64,000 nt of DNA from an uncultured Schleiferiaceae bacterium (GCA_965661265.1 CBFIDE010000010.1:6357-70356), one strand, 5' to 3'; counted from the stretch's first letter, positions 9,289 through 19,157 are shown. Translations and numbers: made by a program. The notes: generated by a model from the letters alone, not told the origin.

Positions 9289-9803
9289 ATGAAATTAAAG
9301 TATTTGTTTTTTGGTGCCGTTGCGTTATTCTTACAAACTGTAAGGAAGATGAGCCTAAGGTTCCTAACCCTACAGCAACGCCTGATAGTACATCTGAATT
9401 AGTTGTCCCATCTGCGTTTAACTTTTCAACGGATAAGAGTATTGATTATACTTTGAGCCTAGCAAATGCAGGATTGCCTACTAGTTATAAAGTAGAAATC
9501 TATGATAATATACCAACAAAGGGAGGTTCAGTATTATCTTCTGATTTTATTCCAGCCGGACAAACGGTAAATGGACAAGTGGTTGTTCCTTCTTTTACAA
9601 AAAGAGCTTATGCAATTGTAACAAGGCCTGAAGGAGTTGAAAGCATGCAGATGCAAGATGCAAGCGGAAGGTCCATCAACAAAGTATTTACAGTAGGAAA
9701 GAAAATGACCACTACAACAGTAGTTGTAAGTCCTGATTGTAATTCAGGTTGTGATGTAACTATAAATACAAGTAATAATTATACGATCAATTCAAGCCCC
9801 TGA
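9289..9803 (+). pseudogene. Lipoprotein gene interrupted by a 1-nt frameshift (signal peptide and mature part in different frames)
   Basis: ATG 9289 (frame 1) encodes MKLKYLFFGAVALFLQT. A different frame, open from 9282, encodes ...VILTNCKEDEPKVPNPTATPDSTSELVVPSAFNFSTDK... and continues to the stop at 9803. That second frame has no ATG/GTG/TTG before 9453. Confidence 0.5.
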
Positions 9804-9830
9804 AACGGCCGATAAAACACATACACACAT

Positions 9831-9866
9831 AAAAAAACCTGTTACTCATAGTAACAGGTTTTTTTT
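9831..9866. terminator. Bidirectional terminator between the lipoprotein pseudogene and gcdH
   Basis: A7-cctgttac-tcata-gtaacagg-T8 lies between convergent genes. Confidence 0.8.
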
Positions 9867-9904
9867 AATATCGGCGAAAGCCGAATTAATTCCTTATTTA
9901 AACT

Positions 9905-11083
9905 TTAGTTAAATGCGCTAATACCAGTAACATCCATACCAGTTATCAGCAGGTGAATATCATGTGTTCCTTCATAAGTAACAACAGATTCTAAATTCAT
10001 CATATGACGCATGATAGAATAATCACCAGTTATACCCATTCCACCAAGCATTTGTCTTGCTTCTCTTGCAACTTTTAAGGCAATGTCGACATTATTCCTC
10101 TTTGCCATGCTGATTTGAGCAGAAGTAGCCCTCCCTTCATTTTTAAGTTGACCAAGTCTAAAAACTAATAATTGGGCTTTGGTAATTTCAGTAATCATTT
10201 CAGCTAACTTCTTTTGTTGAAGTTGAAAAGATGCTATTGGCTTACCAAATTGAATACGCTCTTTAGAGTATTTGAGTGCTGTATCATAACAATCCATTGC
10301 GGCTCCTAAAGCGCCCCAGGCAATACCATATCTCGCAGAATCAAGACATCCTAAAGGAGCACCAAGACCACTTTTATTTGGAAGTAAATTTTCTTTGGGA
10401 ACTTTTACATTATTAAACACTAATTCGCCAGTTGCACTAGCTCTTAAGGACCATTTATTATGAGTTTCTGGAGTAGTGAATCCTTCCATTCCTCTTTCAA
10501 CTATCAATCCATGAATTCTTCCTTCTTCATTTTTTGCCCATACAACAGCTACATCAGCCATAGGTGCGTTAGAAATCCAAAGTTTAGCACCATTCAATAG
10601 ATAATGATCACCCATATCTTTGTAATTAGTAACCATCCCTCCTGGATTAGATCCAAAGTCTGGCTCGGTTAAACCGAAAGAACCCAGGTACTCACCACTG
10701 GCAAGCTTTGGTAAGTATTTTTGCCTTTGTTCTTCATTCCCATAAGCATAAATAGGATACATAACTAAAGAAGATTGAACAGAACACGTAGATCTAACAC
10801 CAGAGTCTCCTCTTTCAATTTCTTGCATCATAAGCCCGTAAGAAATTTGATCAAGACCAGCACCTCCGTATTCAGTTGGAATATAAGGTCCAAAAGCACC
10901 CACTTCAGCTAAGCCTTTTGTAAGTTGAGTAGGGTATTCAGCACGTTGAGCATAATCATTGATAATGGGGCTCACCTCCTTTTTTACCCAATCGCGGGTG
11001 GCATTTCGCACTAATAAATGCTCCTCGCTTAAAAGTTCATCTATATTATAATAGTCTGGGGAAATAAATTGATCTTGTTTCAT
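9905..11083 (-). CDS. gcdH: Glutaryl-CoA dehydrogenase (acyl-CoA dehydrogenase family)
   Basis: FGLTEPDFGSNPGGM, LNGAKLWISNAPMADVAVVWA and YEGTHDIHLLITG closely parallel GCDH signature regions. Confidence 0.88.
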   Translation of the reverse strand: MKQDQFISPDYYNIDELLSEEHLLVRNATRDWVKKEVSPIINDYAQRAEYPTQLTKGLAEVGAFGPYIPTEYGGAGLDQISYGLMMQEIERGDSGVRSTCSVQSSLVMYPIYAYGNEEQRQKYLPKLASGEYLGSFGLTEPDFGSNPGGMVTNYKDMGDHYLLNGAKLWISNAPMADVAVVWAKNEEGRIHGLIVERGMEGFTTPETHNKWSLRASATGELVFNNVKVPKENLLPNKSGLGAPLGCLDSARYGIAWGALGAAMDCYDTALKYSKERIQFGKPIASFQLQQKKLAEMITEITKAQLLVFRLGQLKNEGRATSAQISMAKRNNVDIALKVAREARQMLGGMGITGDYSIMRHMMNLESVVTYEGTHDIHLLITGMDVTGISAFN

Positions 11084-11097
11084 AAAAAGCTTTTGTA

Positions 11098-11105
11098 CAA
11101 ATGTA
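11098..11105 (-). promoter_or_regulatory. Candidate -7 box for gcdH
   Basis: The minus strand reads TACATTTG, 14 nt upstream of ATG 11083. Confidence 0.4.
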
Positions 11106-11285
11106 ATGTTCGATATCTTAGGAGAATTAAATCATTCGCAAAAATTATATAAATAAATCGTTTTTATTTTTGTGAACGGCCAATGGTTCAATTAAGAAAA
11201 AGCAATTAGCCAAAAAAAATCAAAATTATTTAGTTTTCTAACACAAAAGAATGGCACTAGTTTATAAATTATATGCTTTTTCCCA

Positions 11286-11939
11286 TTGATTGAAAAAATT
11301 TCACATCATACAGATTGGATCATATTATGTCTTTTTATTTCCGGTCTTTTATTGATTTATGCTAGAAGCTTAAATTCTAAGTGGTTTCTGGCATTAGTAA
11401 ATCTACTGTGGAAAGGACGAGAACAGGATTTGTACGATGAGGTAAATTCTACAAACTCCATTAGCATTTTTAGCATTGTAATGGGTGTCTTCTCTTTTGT
11501 TATAATGGCTCTCAGTGTTTCAGTTGTTTTAAATCATTTTGATTCTAATTCCCTGTATGAGATCAAAGACTACATAAAAATTTTATTTTCATTTCTCTTT
11601 TTTTATTTTTTCAAAGGTCTTTTAGTCAATGTTTTGTTTTGGCTCTTTGAACTTAAAGAGGCCTTTTCTTTTCAGCTAAATCATTTAGTTTTAACTAGAA
11701 TGTTTCTTGCCATTTGGCTGTTTCCTTTGTGCGCGCTTACAATATTCTTAGATGGCTTTCAGCTTATTGGCGCGTACTTGATCATAGTTGTTATTGGTGC
11801 AGTCTACCTATATTCATTCTTTAAGATACTATGGTATTTGTTTTCCTTACCAATATCGTGGTATCATAATATTTTATACCTTTGCGCGCTGGAATTATTA
11901 CCCTTGTGGATTCTAATTAGTTGGTTTTTAGAATACTAA
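11286..11939 (+). CDS. DUF4271 family membrane protein
   Basis: A multi-TM protein immediately upstream of the uroporphyrinogen-III synthase-like gene, which is the usual Bacteroidota arrangement. It has a TTG start. Confidence 0.65.
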   Translation: MIEKISHHTDWIILCLFISGLLLIYARSLNSKWFLALVNLLWKGREQDLYDEVNSTNSISIFSIVMGVFSFVIMALSVSVVLNHFDSNSLYEIKDYIKILFSFLFFYFFKGLLVNVLFWLFELKEAFSFQLNHLVLTRMFLAIWLFPLCALTIFLDGFQLIGAYLIIVVIGAVYLYSFFKILWYLFSLPISWYHNILYLCALELLPLWILISWFLEY

Positions 11940-11975
11940 ATTGGAGGTAAAATACTAACCCAAAAAAAAAGCGCT

Positions 11976-12722
11976 TTGAAGGTCAAGACTGTATTAGTTT
12001 CTCAACCGGCTCCTCAAACGGAAAACTCGCCATATTTTGATTTGGCAGAGAAGTATAAGATCAAGATTGATTTTAGACCATTTATTCATGTTGAAGGGGT
12101 AAATGGAGGGGATGTAAGGAAACAAAAAATAAACGTTGCTTCCTATACTGCGGTCATCTTAACAAGCAGAAATGCTGTAGATCATTTTTTTCGAGTTGCT
12201 GAAGAATCAAGATTTCAGGTTCCAAATGATATGAAGTATTTCTGTACTTCTGAAGCAATTGCCTACTATCTGCAGAAGTATGTTGTCTATAGAAAGAGAA
12301 AAATCTATTTTGGCAATAATACTTTTGAAGATCTAATTACATTGATCAAAAAGCATAAGGATGAAAATTTTTTATTACCATCTTCAGATGTCTTAAAAGC
12401 TGAAATACCTGAAATGTTAGAGGCTGCTTCTATAAAGTATGATAGAGCAATAATGTATAAAACCGTAAGTAGTGATCTTAGTGATCTTACGGATGTTTAT
12501 TATGATATTTTGGTATTCTTTAGTCCCTCTGGAATAAAATCATTACTTGAGAACTTCCCTGACTTTAAGCAAAACAACACTCGTATTGCTGCTTTTGGAA
12601 GTAGTACGCATAAAGCCGTAGAGGATGCTAATTTAAGAATTGACATAAAGACCCCTACTCCAAAATTGCCCTCTATGACTATGGCAATTGAGCAATATAT
12701 CAAGATTGTTAACAAGAAGTAA
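11976..12722 (+). CDS. hemD: Uroporphyrinogen-III synthase family protein
   Basis: VLVSQPAPQTENSPYFDLAEKYKIKIDFRPFI and VILTSRNAVDHFF are typical of the Bacteroidota HemD-like family. Confidence 0.75.
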   Translation: MKVKTVLVSQPAPQTENSPYFDLAEKYKIKIDFRPFIHVEGVNGGDVRKQKINVASYTAVILTSRNAVDHFFRVAEESRFQVPNDMKYFCTSEAIAYYLQKYVVYRKRKIYFGNNTFEDLITLIKKHKDENFLLPSSDVLKAEIPEMLEAASIKYDRAIMYKTVSSDLSDLTDVYYDILVFFSPSGIKSLLENFPDFKQNNTRIAAFGSSTHKAVEDANLRIDIKTPTPKLPSMTMAIEQYIKIVNKK

Positions 12723-12744
12723 AACATCTTTCACAGAATCTTAA

Positions 12745-12774
12745 AAGGTCAAGTTATACTTGGCCTTTTTTTTT
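12745..12774 (+). terminator. Rho-independent terminator after the hemD-like gene
   Basis: aaggtcaag-ttata-cttggcctt forms a 9-bp stem (one G-U) followed by a T9 run. Confidence 0.75.
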
Positions 12775-12787
12775 ATTCTTTTGTTTC

Positions 12788-13165
12788 ATGAGTTTAAAGT
12801 TTCCAAAAAAGGAAAAACTTAAAAGCAAGAACCAGATAGATCTACTATTTGCCACTGGAAAAAGTGTTAAACACTATCCGTTGACTATGGTATACCTACC
12901 TCTAGACAATTCATATGATTGTCATCAAGCAGGCTTTAGTGTCGGTAAAAAAAGATTCAAGAAAGCGGTGGATAGAAATCGCGTGAAGCGAATGATTAAG
13001 GAAGCTTACAGACTTGAAAAAGTAAAAAAGCTTGAATCTCTAGAAAATAAGTATTCCTATATGTTCATTTACCTCTCTTCAAAAGAATTAGAATGGAAGA
13101 AAATGACAGATGCAATGAGTCTTTTAATCAGTAAATTTATTGAAGCTCAAAAGGGCAATGAATAA
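12788..13165 (+). CDS. rnpA: Ribonuclease P protein component
   Basis: A small basic protein with KKEKLKSKNQIDLLF, and with VGKKRFKKAVDRNRVKRMIKEAYR matching the RNR motif region. Confidence 0.85.
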   Translation: MSLKFPKKEKLKSKNQIDLLFATGKSVKHYPLTMVYLPLDNSYDCHQAGFSVGKKRFKKAVDRNRVKRMIKEAYRLEKVKKLESLENKYSYMFIYLSSKELEWKKMTDAMSLLISKFIEAQKGNE

Positions 13166-13203
13166 GAGTTGATTTCGTTACACATTAGGACATTGATTAT
13201 AGC

Positions 13204-14853
13204 ATGAAAAAAATTAAAGTATACTTCATAGGATTAAGCATAGCATTTCTGGCTTTCGTTGGTTATGCATTCACACCAGATTATTTTGAGATCAGTAAGC
13301 AACTAGACATTTTTAGTAATGTTTTTAAAGAAGTTAACCTCTATTATGTTGATGAAACCGAACCAGGTGAACTTATGGAGGAAGCAATTACTGAAATGCT
13401 CTCTTCATTGGATCCGTATACAAACTATATTCCTGAAGAAAGAGTAGAGGATTTTAAAATTCAGACTACTGGTAATTATGGCGGAATTGGCGCTGGAATT
13501 AGAAAGTTTAAGAACAAACTGATTATCACTGCCACTTATGAGGGATTTGCTGCGGCTAATGCTGACCTCAGAGCAGGTGATATAATTTTAAAAATTGACG
13601 GAAAATCTGTAGATGGAAAATCTTCATCTGAAGTAAGTGATATTCTAAAAGGTAGCCCGGGCACTACAGTGGAGATTAGTATAGAACGGGCAGGTGTGCT
13701 TATTGACAAGTCTGTAAAAAGGCAAAAAGTACACTTAAACAGTGTTCCCTACTTTACTATGCTCGAAGACTCCATTGCCTATGTTAGCTTATCTAGCTTT
13801 ACTAGTAGCGCCTCTAAAGAGATTAAAAATGCTTTAGAACAATTGGAAGATGAGAAAGGAATAAAAAGTATCGTTTTAGATTTAAGATCTAATCCGGGCG
13901 GACTCTTGAGCGAGGCCGTGAATGTTACAAATCTATTTATAGATAAAAATTTGGAGGTCGTAAAGACCAAAGGAAAGTTAGAGGAATGGGAGAAATCATA
14001 TAAAACTTTAAATAGAGCTTTCAATTCTGATGTACCATTAGCTGTCCTTATTGATAGAGGAAGTGCTAGTGCTTCAGAAATCGTTTCTGGCACAATTCAG
14101 GATTATGATAGAGGTATTGTTATTGGCCAAAGATCATTTGGTAAAGGCTTGGTTCAACAAACCAGAAAACTATCTTATGGTGCTCAAATAAAGGTTACAA
14201 TCGCTAAGTATTATACTCCAAGTGGCAGATGCATTCAAGCAATTAATTATGCTGAAAGAGCCGAAGATGGAAGTGTAAAAGCAATTCCAGACTCCCTTAG
14301 AAATGAATTCCTTACTCAGAATGGAAGAAAAGTGTTTGATGGAGGCGGTGTTGACCCAGATATTAAAGTTGAAGATGGGACCTATTCTAATCTAAGTTTT
14401 AGTCTGTTTACCAATATGCTCATCTTTGATTATGCGACTCTTTATGCCGCGGAGCATGAGTCTATAGATCAGGCAGATATGTTTGTGCTGAAAGATGAAG
14501 AATATGCAAAGTTTGAAAAATGGTTGTCGGATAAGGAGTATGAGTATACAACTGGTACTGAACTAAAAATTCAAGAACTTCTCAAAGCAGCTGAAAATGA
14601 TGATTATTCTCAGGAGTTATCGGATGAGCTTAAGAAGCTAGAAAAAAAGTATGCTGAAGTTGAAGCTGATGATTTGCAGACTCACAAAGCGGAGATTAAA
14701 AAACTATTAGAGCAAGAGATTGCCTCAAGGTATTATTTTGAAGAAGGGAGAATAGCTGCGGGCCTGAAAGGTGATGCAGCCTTAACGACTGCGATTGAAA
14801 TTTTAAAGGATAAAGAGAAATATCAAATGATTTTGAGTGGTCCTAAAAACTAA
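13204..14853 (+). CDS. S41 family C-terminal processing peptidase with PDZ domain
   Basis: LDLRSNPGGLL, SASASEIVSG and QRSFGKGLVQ are S41 catalytic Ser/Lys motifs. A PDZ-like GDIILKIDG is also present. Confidence 0.9.
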   Translation: MKKIKVYFIGLSIAFLAFVGYAFTPDYFEISKQLDIFSNVFKEVNLYYVDETEPGELMEEAITEMLSSLDPYTNYIPEERVEDFKIQTTGNYGGIGAGIRKFKNKLIITATYEGFAAANADLRAGDIILKIDGKSVDGKSSSEVSDILKGSPGTTVEISIERAGVLIDKSVKRQKVHLNSVPYFTMLEDSIAYVSLSSFTSSASKEIKNALEQLEDEKGIKSIVLDLRSNPGGLLSEAVNVTNLFIDKNLEVVKTKGKLEEWEKSYKTLNRAFNSDVPLAVLIDRGSASASEIVSGTIQDYDRGIVIGQRSFGKGLVQQTRKLSYGAQIKVTIAKYYTPSGRCIQAINYAERAEDGSVKAIPDSLRNEFLTQNGRKVFDGGGVDPDIKVEDGTYSNLSFSLFTNMLIFDYATLYAAEHESIDQADMFVLKDEEYAKFEKWLSDKEYEYTTGTELKIQELLKAAENDDYSQELSDELKKLEKKYAEVEADDLQTHKAEIKKLLEQEIASRYYFEEGRIAAGLKGDAALTTAIEILKDKEKYQMILSGPKN

Positions 14854-16123
14854 GTTTTTAAACATAAGGCAAGACAAGCTTTATTTAGGATTCATCCTCT
14901 TTTTTCTTGTTTTACTGCCTTTTCAGCCTAAAACGCCTCCTCTAACAATAGGAATAATTCTAAGTGCTCTTCTATTTCTTATTTCTGGTGACTATAAGGA
15001 GAAGCTTAACAGATTGTTTTCGAACCCATTTAGCATACTTTTTCTTCTCTATTTCTTTTGGACCCTGCTGGGGACTTTTTATTCCGTGGACCCTAAAAAA
15101 GCAGGTGAAGATCTTGTTTTAAAGCTTCCGTTTTTAGCATGGCCATTAATTGCTTCTGGTTTTGATATGAGCTATAAACAAATACGTCTTATTTTAAAGG
15201 CTTTTGTGATTGCTCTCGCGATTTCTATGGCATATCTGTTTATAGATGCTTATTTACAATACCAAAACACAGCTGATAGCTTGGAGTTTCATTTTGTGAA
15301 GCTGGTAGATTATCAAGTCATTCCTCCTCATTATATGGGTATGTACCTCAACTTTGGTTATGCCTTGCTGCTTTGGAATCGATTGTCAAACAAGGCTTTG
15401 TTTCCAAAAGTGGTGGATGTTTTATTGATCATATTATTTGTTTTATCCGTAGTTTTTATTGGGGTAAGAATGCAGCATTTAGTTTTTGTCTTTGTGAGTT
15501 TGTTTATTGCTTGGAAATTCGGAATTGATAAATTTGGATTGATAAAAGCTCTGGCTATTTCTACTTTCACTTTAATTTTGTTTTTTTTATTGGCATGGAT
15601 TTACGGAGGTACTAGATCAAGAATGATTGATACTTATAATGAAATTAAATCTTTTGAGAAACCGATTGATAATAAGCAGACTAATCATAGAAAATTCCTT
15701 TGGATTGCCGCACTAGAGAATATTCAAGAACGTCCATTTTTAGGTTCAGGAACAGGAGGGGCGGATCAACATATGCATGAGAAGCTGATGGATGACACTG
15801 CATTGTTTTGGAATGGAACTGGAACTTATACGCTATCAGAGAAAATTTATAATTGTCACAATGTGTTTATCCAGCACTGGGTAGCAAACGGAATTATTGG
15901 CCTTATACTTGTCTTGAGCTTTTTTATTGTCGCTTTCGCGCGATATAAAAGATATGCAATACCACTTGCTTTTTTATTGATATGCTTTTTTAGCTTTAGC
16001 ACAGAGAGCATGTTAGAAAGGCAAGCTGGAGTTCTATTTTTCACTTTCTTTTATAGCTTCTTCTTTATGATGAAGACGGTAAGAAAGGACGATAAGCAGA
16101 AGATGAAAATTGAGGAACATTAA
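14837..16123 (+). CDS. O-antigen ligase (Wzy_C) family membrane protein
   Basis: A polytopic membrane protein with a periplasmic loop (PFLGSGTGGADQ, NCHNVFIQ) and a C-terminal ESMLER. The GTG start at 14837 is uncertain. Confidence 0.7.
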   Translation: MVLKTKFLNIRQDKLYLGFILFFLVLLPFQPKTPPLTIGIILSALLFLISGDYKEKLNRLFSNPFSILFLLYFFWTLLGTFYSVDPKKAGEDLVLKLPFLAWPLIASGFDMSYKQIRLILKAFVIALAISMAYLFIDAYLQYQNTADSLEFHFVKLVDYQVIPPHYMGMYLNFGYALLLWNRLSNKALFPKVVDVLLIILFVLSVVFIGVRMQHLVFVFVSLFIAWKFGIDKFGLIKALAISTFTLILFFLLAWIYGGTRSRMIDTYNEIKSFEKPIDNKQTNHRKFLWIAALENIQERPFLGSGTGGADQHMHEKLMDDTALFWNGTGTYTLSEKIYNCHNVFIQHWVANGIIGLILVLSFFIVAFARYKRYAIPLAFLLICFFSFSTESMLERQAGVLFFTFFYSFFFMMKTVRKDDKQKMKIEEH

Positions 16124-17311
16124 GCCCCAATGTCTTTCTAGCATTGATTCAGCCGCTATAGAGCCTATAAAATAGAGCAGGATTACGAGTTCAAGAATTT
16201 TCCTCTTTAAAAAAAGTATTCTAGCAAGAAAAAGAAGAGGTGCAATTAGCGCTATTAAACCTACTAATCCAAGGCTAAGAATAGTTTCTAGATATTGATT
16301 ATGGCAATTAAATTTTTTGTTCAATCCGTGAGTGAAATTTTTCTCTTTGAATTTTTCGTGATAAACTGTTTGAGCATCTCCTAATCCTTGACCAAGAATA
16401 GGCTTTTCATTAATTAATTCTAAGGCAATACTCCAGAGAGCTGCCCTTGTATTTACACTATTAAATGATTCGCTCGAATTTTGATACTCAAACTCATAAT
16501 TGGCTAATTGAGCAAATCTTGATTTAATATTCTCTGGAATAGAAACAAAAATTATTGCACCTATTATTAGAACAAGGCTAAGTTTAACGCCCGCTTGCTT
16601 ATAGGATTTTTCTTTAGCTAATAAGAACGGGATAAATAATAGACAAGCCAGAATAAAGGAAATAATATTAGTCCTTGCTTGGAGTAGAACTAGAAATAAA
16701 CAAAAAAGAAGGCTTAAGAGTATTTTCAATCCTATGGATTTGAATAATCCTTTCTTCCAAACTAGAAGAGCTAGAACCCCAGCAAAATTGGAGACATAAG
16801 CTACATGTACGAGTCCAGTGTTTAATCTTGCGTTTTGTATTCTGCTAAGAATATCCTTTAGGAGTGGAATGAATTGTGTGTTATTGCTATACGCAATTGC
16901 AAGGCTTGTCTGAAAGTAAACTGAGTATGCAAAGAATAGTAAAACAGACAGTATGGTCAGTTTGAATAAGATATTAAGTCGAGTTCTACTTAATGTAGTA
17001 TAGCCAGGACCTAATCCAAGTAATGGCAGAAAGTACAAAAGCTTTTGTGTCCAAAGATTGATATTACTTGTATCACTGCTACTAAAGAAGCTGATGGAAT
17101 AGAGCAGGCCAATCATTCCAAAAAAGTATAGGACCCTTTCTTTTTTGAAAAATGTAGAAACCTTTTTTGAAGGGGCACTTATGGAATTAAGGACAAGTAG
17201 TATCGCGCAAAGCGAAGAAACGGAATAGCTAAAGAATATAGAACCACTCAAAACACAAAGAATTAGGTAATACCTATCTTCAAAAGTCCTAAGGTTAATA
17301 TTTAGCTTCAT
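16034..17311 (-). CDS. O-antigen ligase (Wzy_C) family membrane protein, paralog of 14837..16123
   Basis: Polytopic, with PILGQGLGDAQ, NCHNQYLE and ESMLER motifs that parallel the convergent neighbour. Confidence 0.7.
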   Translation of the reverse strand: MKLNINLRTFEDRYYLILCVLSGSIFFSYSVSSLCAILLVLNSISAPSKKVSTFFKKERVLYFFGMIGLLYSISFFSSSDTSNINLWTQKLLYFLPLLGLGPGYTTLSRTRLNILFKLTILSVLLFFAYSVYFQTSLAIAYSNNTQFIPLLKDILSRIQNARLNTGLVHVAYVSNFAGVLALLVWKKGLFKSIGLKILLSLLFCLFLVLLQARTNIISFILACLLFIPFLLAKEKSYKQAGVKLSLVLIIGAIIFVSIPENIKSRFAQLANYEFEYQNSSESFNSVNTRAALWSIALELINEKPILGQGLGDAQTVYHEKFKEKNFTHGLNKKFNCHNQYLETILSLGLVGLIALIAPLLFLARILFLKRKILELVILLYFIGSIAAESMLERHWGLMFLNFHLLLIVLSYRLHHKEEAIKESEK

Positions 17312-17315
17312 ACAT

Positions 17316-18440
17316 TTATTTGATTAACTCCTTATACTGATTTAGATATTGTTGGCCTACAATTTCAGGGCTATAGGATTGCTCAAACTTAAGCAGGGCA
17401 TTTGTGATGTAGGTCTCTGGATTCTCCTTGACCTTATTAATGGCCTTTTGAAGAGATACCAAATTCTCCATTTCATAAAAGGCAACTTCCCCTTTAGAAA
17501 AGGATCTCTTTATGGCAGGAAGATCACTAGAAATACAAGCCTTTCTCATTTCAATCGCCTCTAAAAGAGTTAAAGAAAAACCTTCTGATCTACTCGTAAT
17601 GATTGCGGCATCACTGAACTTATAATATAAATGAGCATTTTCTAAGATTCCCAAGAACAAACATCTATCGAGGACTTGCAACTTAGAGGCAAGCTCTTTT
17701 ACATTTTTAATTTCTTCTCCTTTCCCAATATGTATAAACTTTAAATCAGGGACTAAGGGTAACACTCTTATTAATTGATCTAATCCTTTTCCCTCTGTTG
17801 CATTTGAAATATTCATCAAGGCAAAATCATCTCCTTTAAATTCCTTGATTTTATTTTCAACATTAAGGTCATGACCTTCATACTCTATCAACCTTGTGTT
17901 TGGAATAACTTCAATATTTTTAAGCTCCCATTCTTTCTCATAATAGTCTCTCATATGCTCTGTAAGGGCAATGATTCTATCATGCTTTTTATCTAAATAT
18001 TTCCAAACCTTATTTATTACAGACCCTACCAAACCGTTATATCGGTAGTTATAGTCTTTTTTTGCATAGACATGCAGAGTGCTAATGGTTTTGGGCTTTA
18101 TTTGATTAGAGTGATACCATAGATAGGCGTCAGGTCTTAATCCATGGCTATGAATGATATCGTAATTATCTAGCTCTTTCTCATAGGTCATAAAAAAAAG
18201 CTCCTTTGCATCTTTTAAATCTAATGCCTGAGGGAGTTTTTCGAAATAGTAAAAATCAAAATCAATATGATCTTCAAGAAGCAATGATAAGTCTAATGCA
18301 AAGCGTACTGGACCTATTGGTTGTAAAGAAGGTAAAATGACAGCCACCCTAATATTGGAAGTTTCTTTCTTGCGTAATCTTCTTAAACCTTTCGGTATTT
18401 TGAAAGAAGGTAACCTATATATGTTTAGTTTTTTTCCCAT
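17316..18440 (-). CDS. Glycosyltransferase family 4 (GT-B fold)
   Basis: The C-terminal SRSEGFSLTLLEAIEMRKACISSD matches the EX7E region of GT4 enzymes. Confidence 0.8.
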   Translation of the reverse strand: MGKKLNIYRLPSFKIPKGLRRLRKKETSNIRVAVILPSLQPIGPVRFALDLSLLLEDHIDFDFYYFEKLPQALDLKDAKELFFMTYEKELDNYDIIHSHGLRPDAYLWYHSNQIKPKTISTLHVYAKKDYNYRYNGLVGSVINKVWKYLDKKHDRIIALTEHMRDYYEKEWELKNIEVIPNTRLIEYEGHDLNVENKIKEFKGDDFALMNISNATEGKGLDQLIRVLPLVPDLKFIHIGKGEEIKNVKELASKLQVLDRCLFLGILENAHLYYKFSDAAIITSRSEGFSLTLLEAIEMRKACISSDLPAIKRSFSKGEVAFYEMENLVSLQKAINKVKENPETYITNALLKFEQSYSPEIVGQQYLNQYKELIK

Positions 18441-18452
18441 TCTTAATTTCCC

Positions 18453-19157
18453 CTATTTAGGGAATATTCCTCTAGAAGCTGAAATAATGAATCTTGGAGC
18501 AAACATACTGAATATATAAAAGGCCCATGCTCTTTTTGGGCCTTCCTTAAATCTTACAGACTGGGCAAAATGATATATCGCCATACCTCTATCAAAATTA
18601 ATGAAGTAAAAAAGCTTTCCTACCTCATAGTGATAGTAAGAGATGTCTTTATGATCCTCTGCGCTCATCTGTGAACCAATTTTATTAGTGGGTATAATGG
18701 GCTTTAAACATATGCTTGAGCTAAATGTAGTTACATTAAAATCGTGACTCTCTTTTGATTTTTCAAGTAGTTCACTATCACTAAATTTAGCCAATTCAAT
18801 TCCGTGCTTCTGTATCTTTTTTAGCTGCTCTTTTTGATTCGCTTCAACTATCAAGTTATTTCCTTGGTCAAAGTATTTTGTTTTAGGAATATATATTTGT
18901 GTTCTGCTTAACTCCATATCCGCACAGTTTTGAAGATAATTCTCTTCCCACTTTTCATAAACTGACGCATAGTAATGAAGCTTAGTAGTGTCGCTCGGGA
19001 TGAGCTTGCTTTCTAAATAGGAATTTAAGTGCTCTGCTTTCCAACTTTGAGGTAAGCTTAAAGTGAAATTCTGAAAGGTTTGTTTTTTTAATTGGCGTAG
19101 AAAGGTTTGAGATTCTGTGAATTTAGAACGCTCATTTAAATGAATTAGAATGCTCAT
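18453..19157 (-). CDS. Hypothetical protein, start overlaps dnaG stop (ATGA)
   Basis: ORF track. The N-terminus SILIHLNE...QLKKQTFQNF faintly resembles a degenerate GT2 N-terminus, but I have no firm family call. Confidence 0.5.
   Translation of the reverse strand: MSILIHLNERSKFTESQTFLRQLKKQTFQNFTLSLPQSWKAEHLNSYLESKLIPSDTTKLHYYASVYEKWEENYLQNCADMELSRTQIYIPKTKYFDQGNNLIVEANQKEQLKKIQKHGIELAKFSDSELLEKSKESHDFNVTTFSSSICLKPIIPTNKIGSQMSAEDHKDISYYHYEVGKLFYFINFDRGMAIYHFAQSVRFKEGPKRAWAFYIFSMFAPRFIISASRGIFPK

Noticed and set aside
9211-9402. ORF 9211..9402 as a stand-alone 63-aa gene
   Set aside because: Only its central part (from ATG 9289) looks like a signal peptide and the remainder is implausible. 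It is better explained as the 5' fragment of the frameshifted lipoprotein gene.
12500-12727. Minus-strand ORF of 75 aa at the 3' end of the hemD-like gene
   Set aside because: It is antisense to a supported CDS and has a hydrophobic, low-information sequence.
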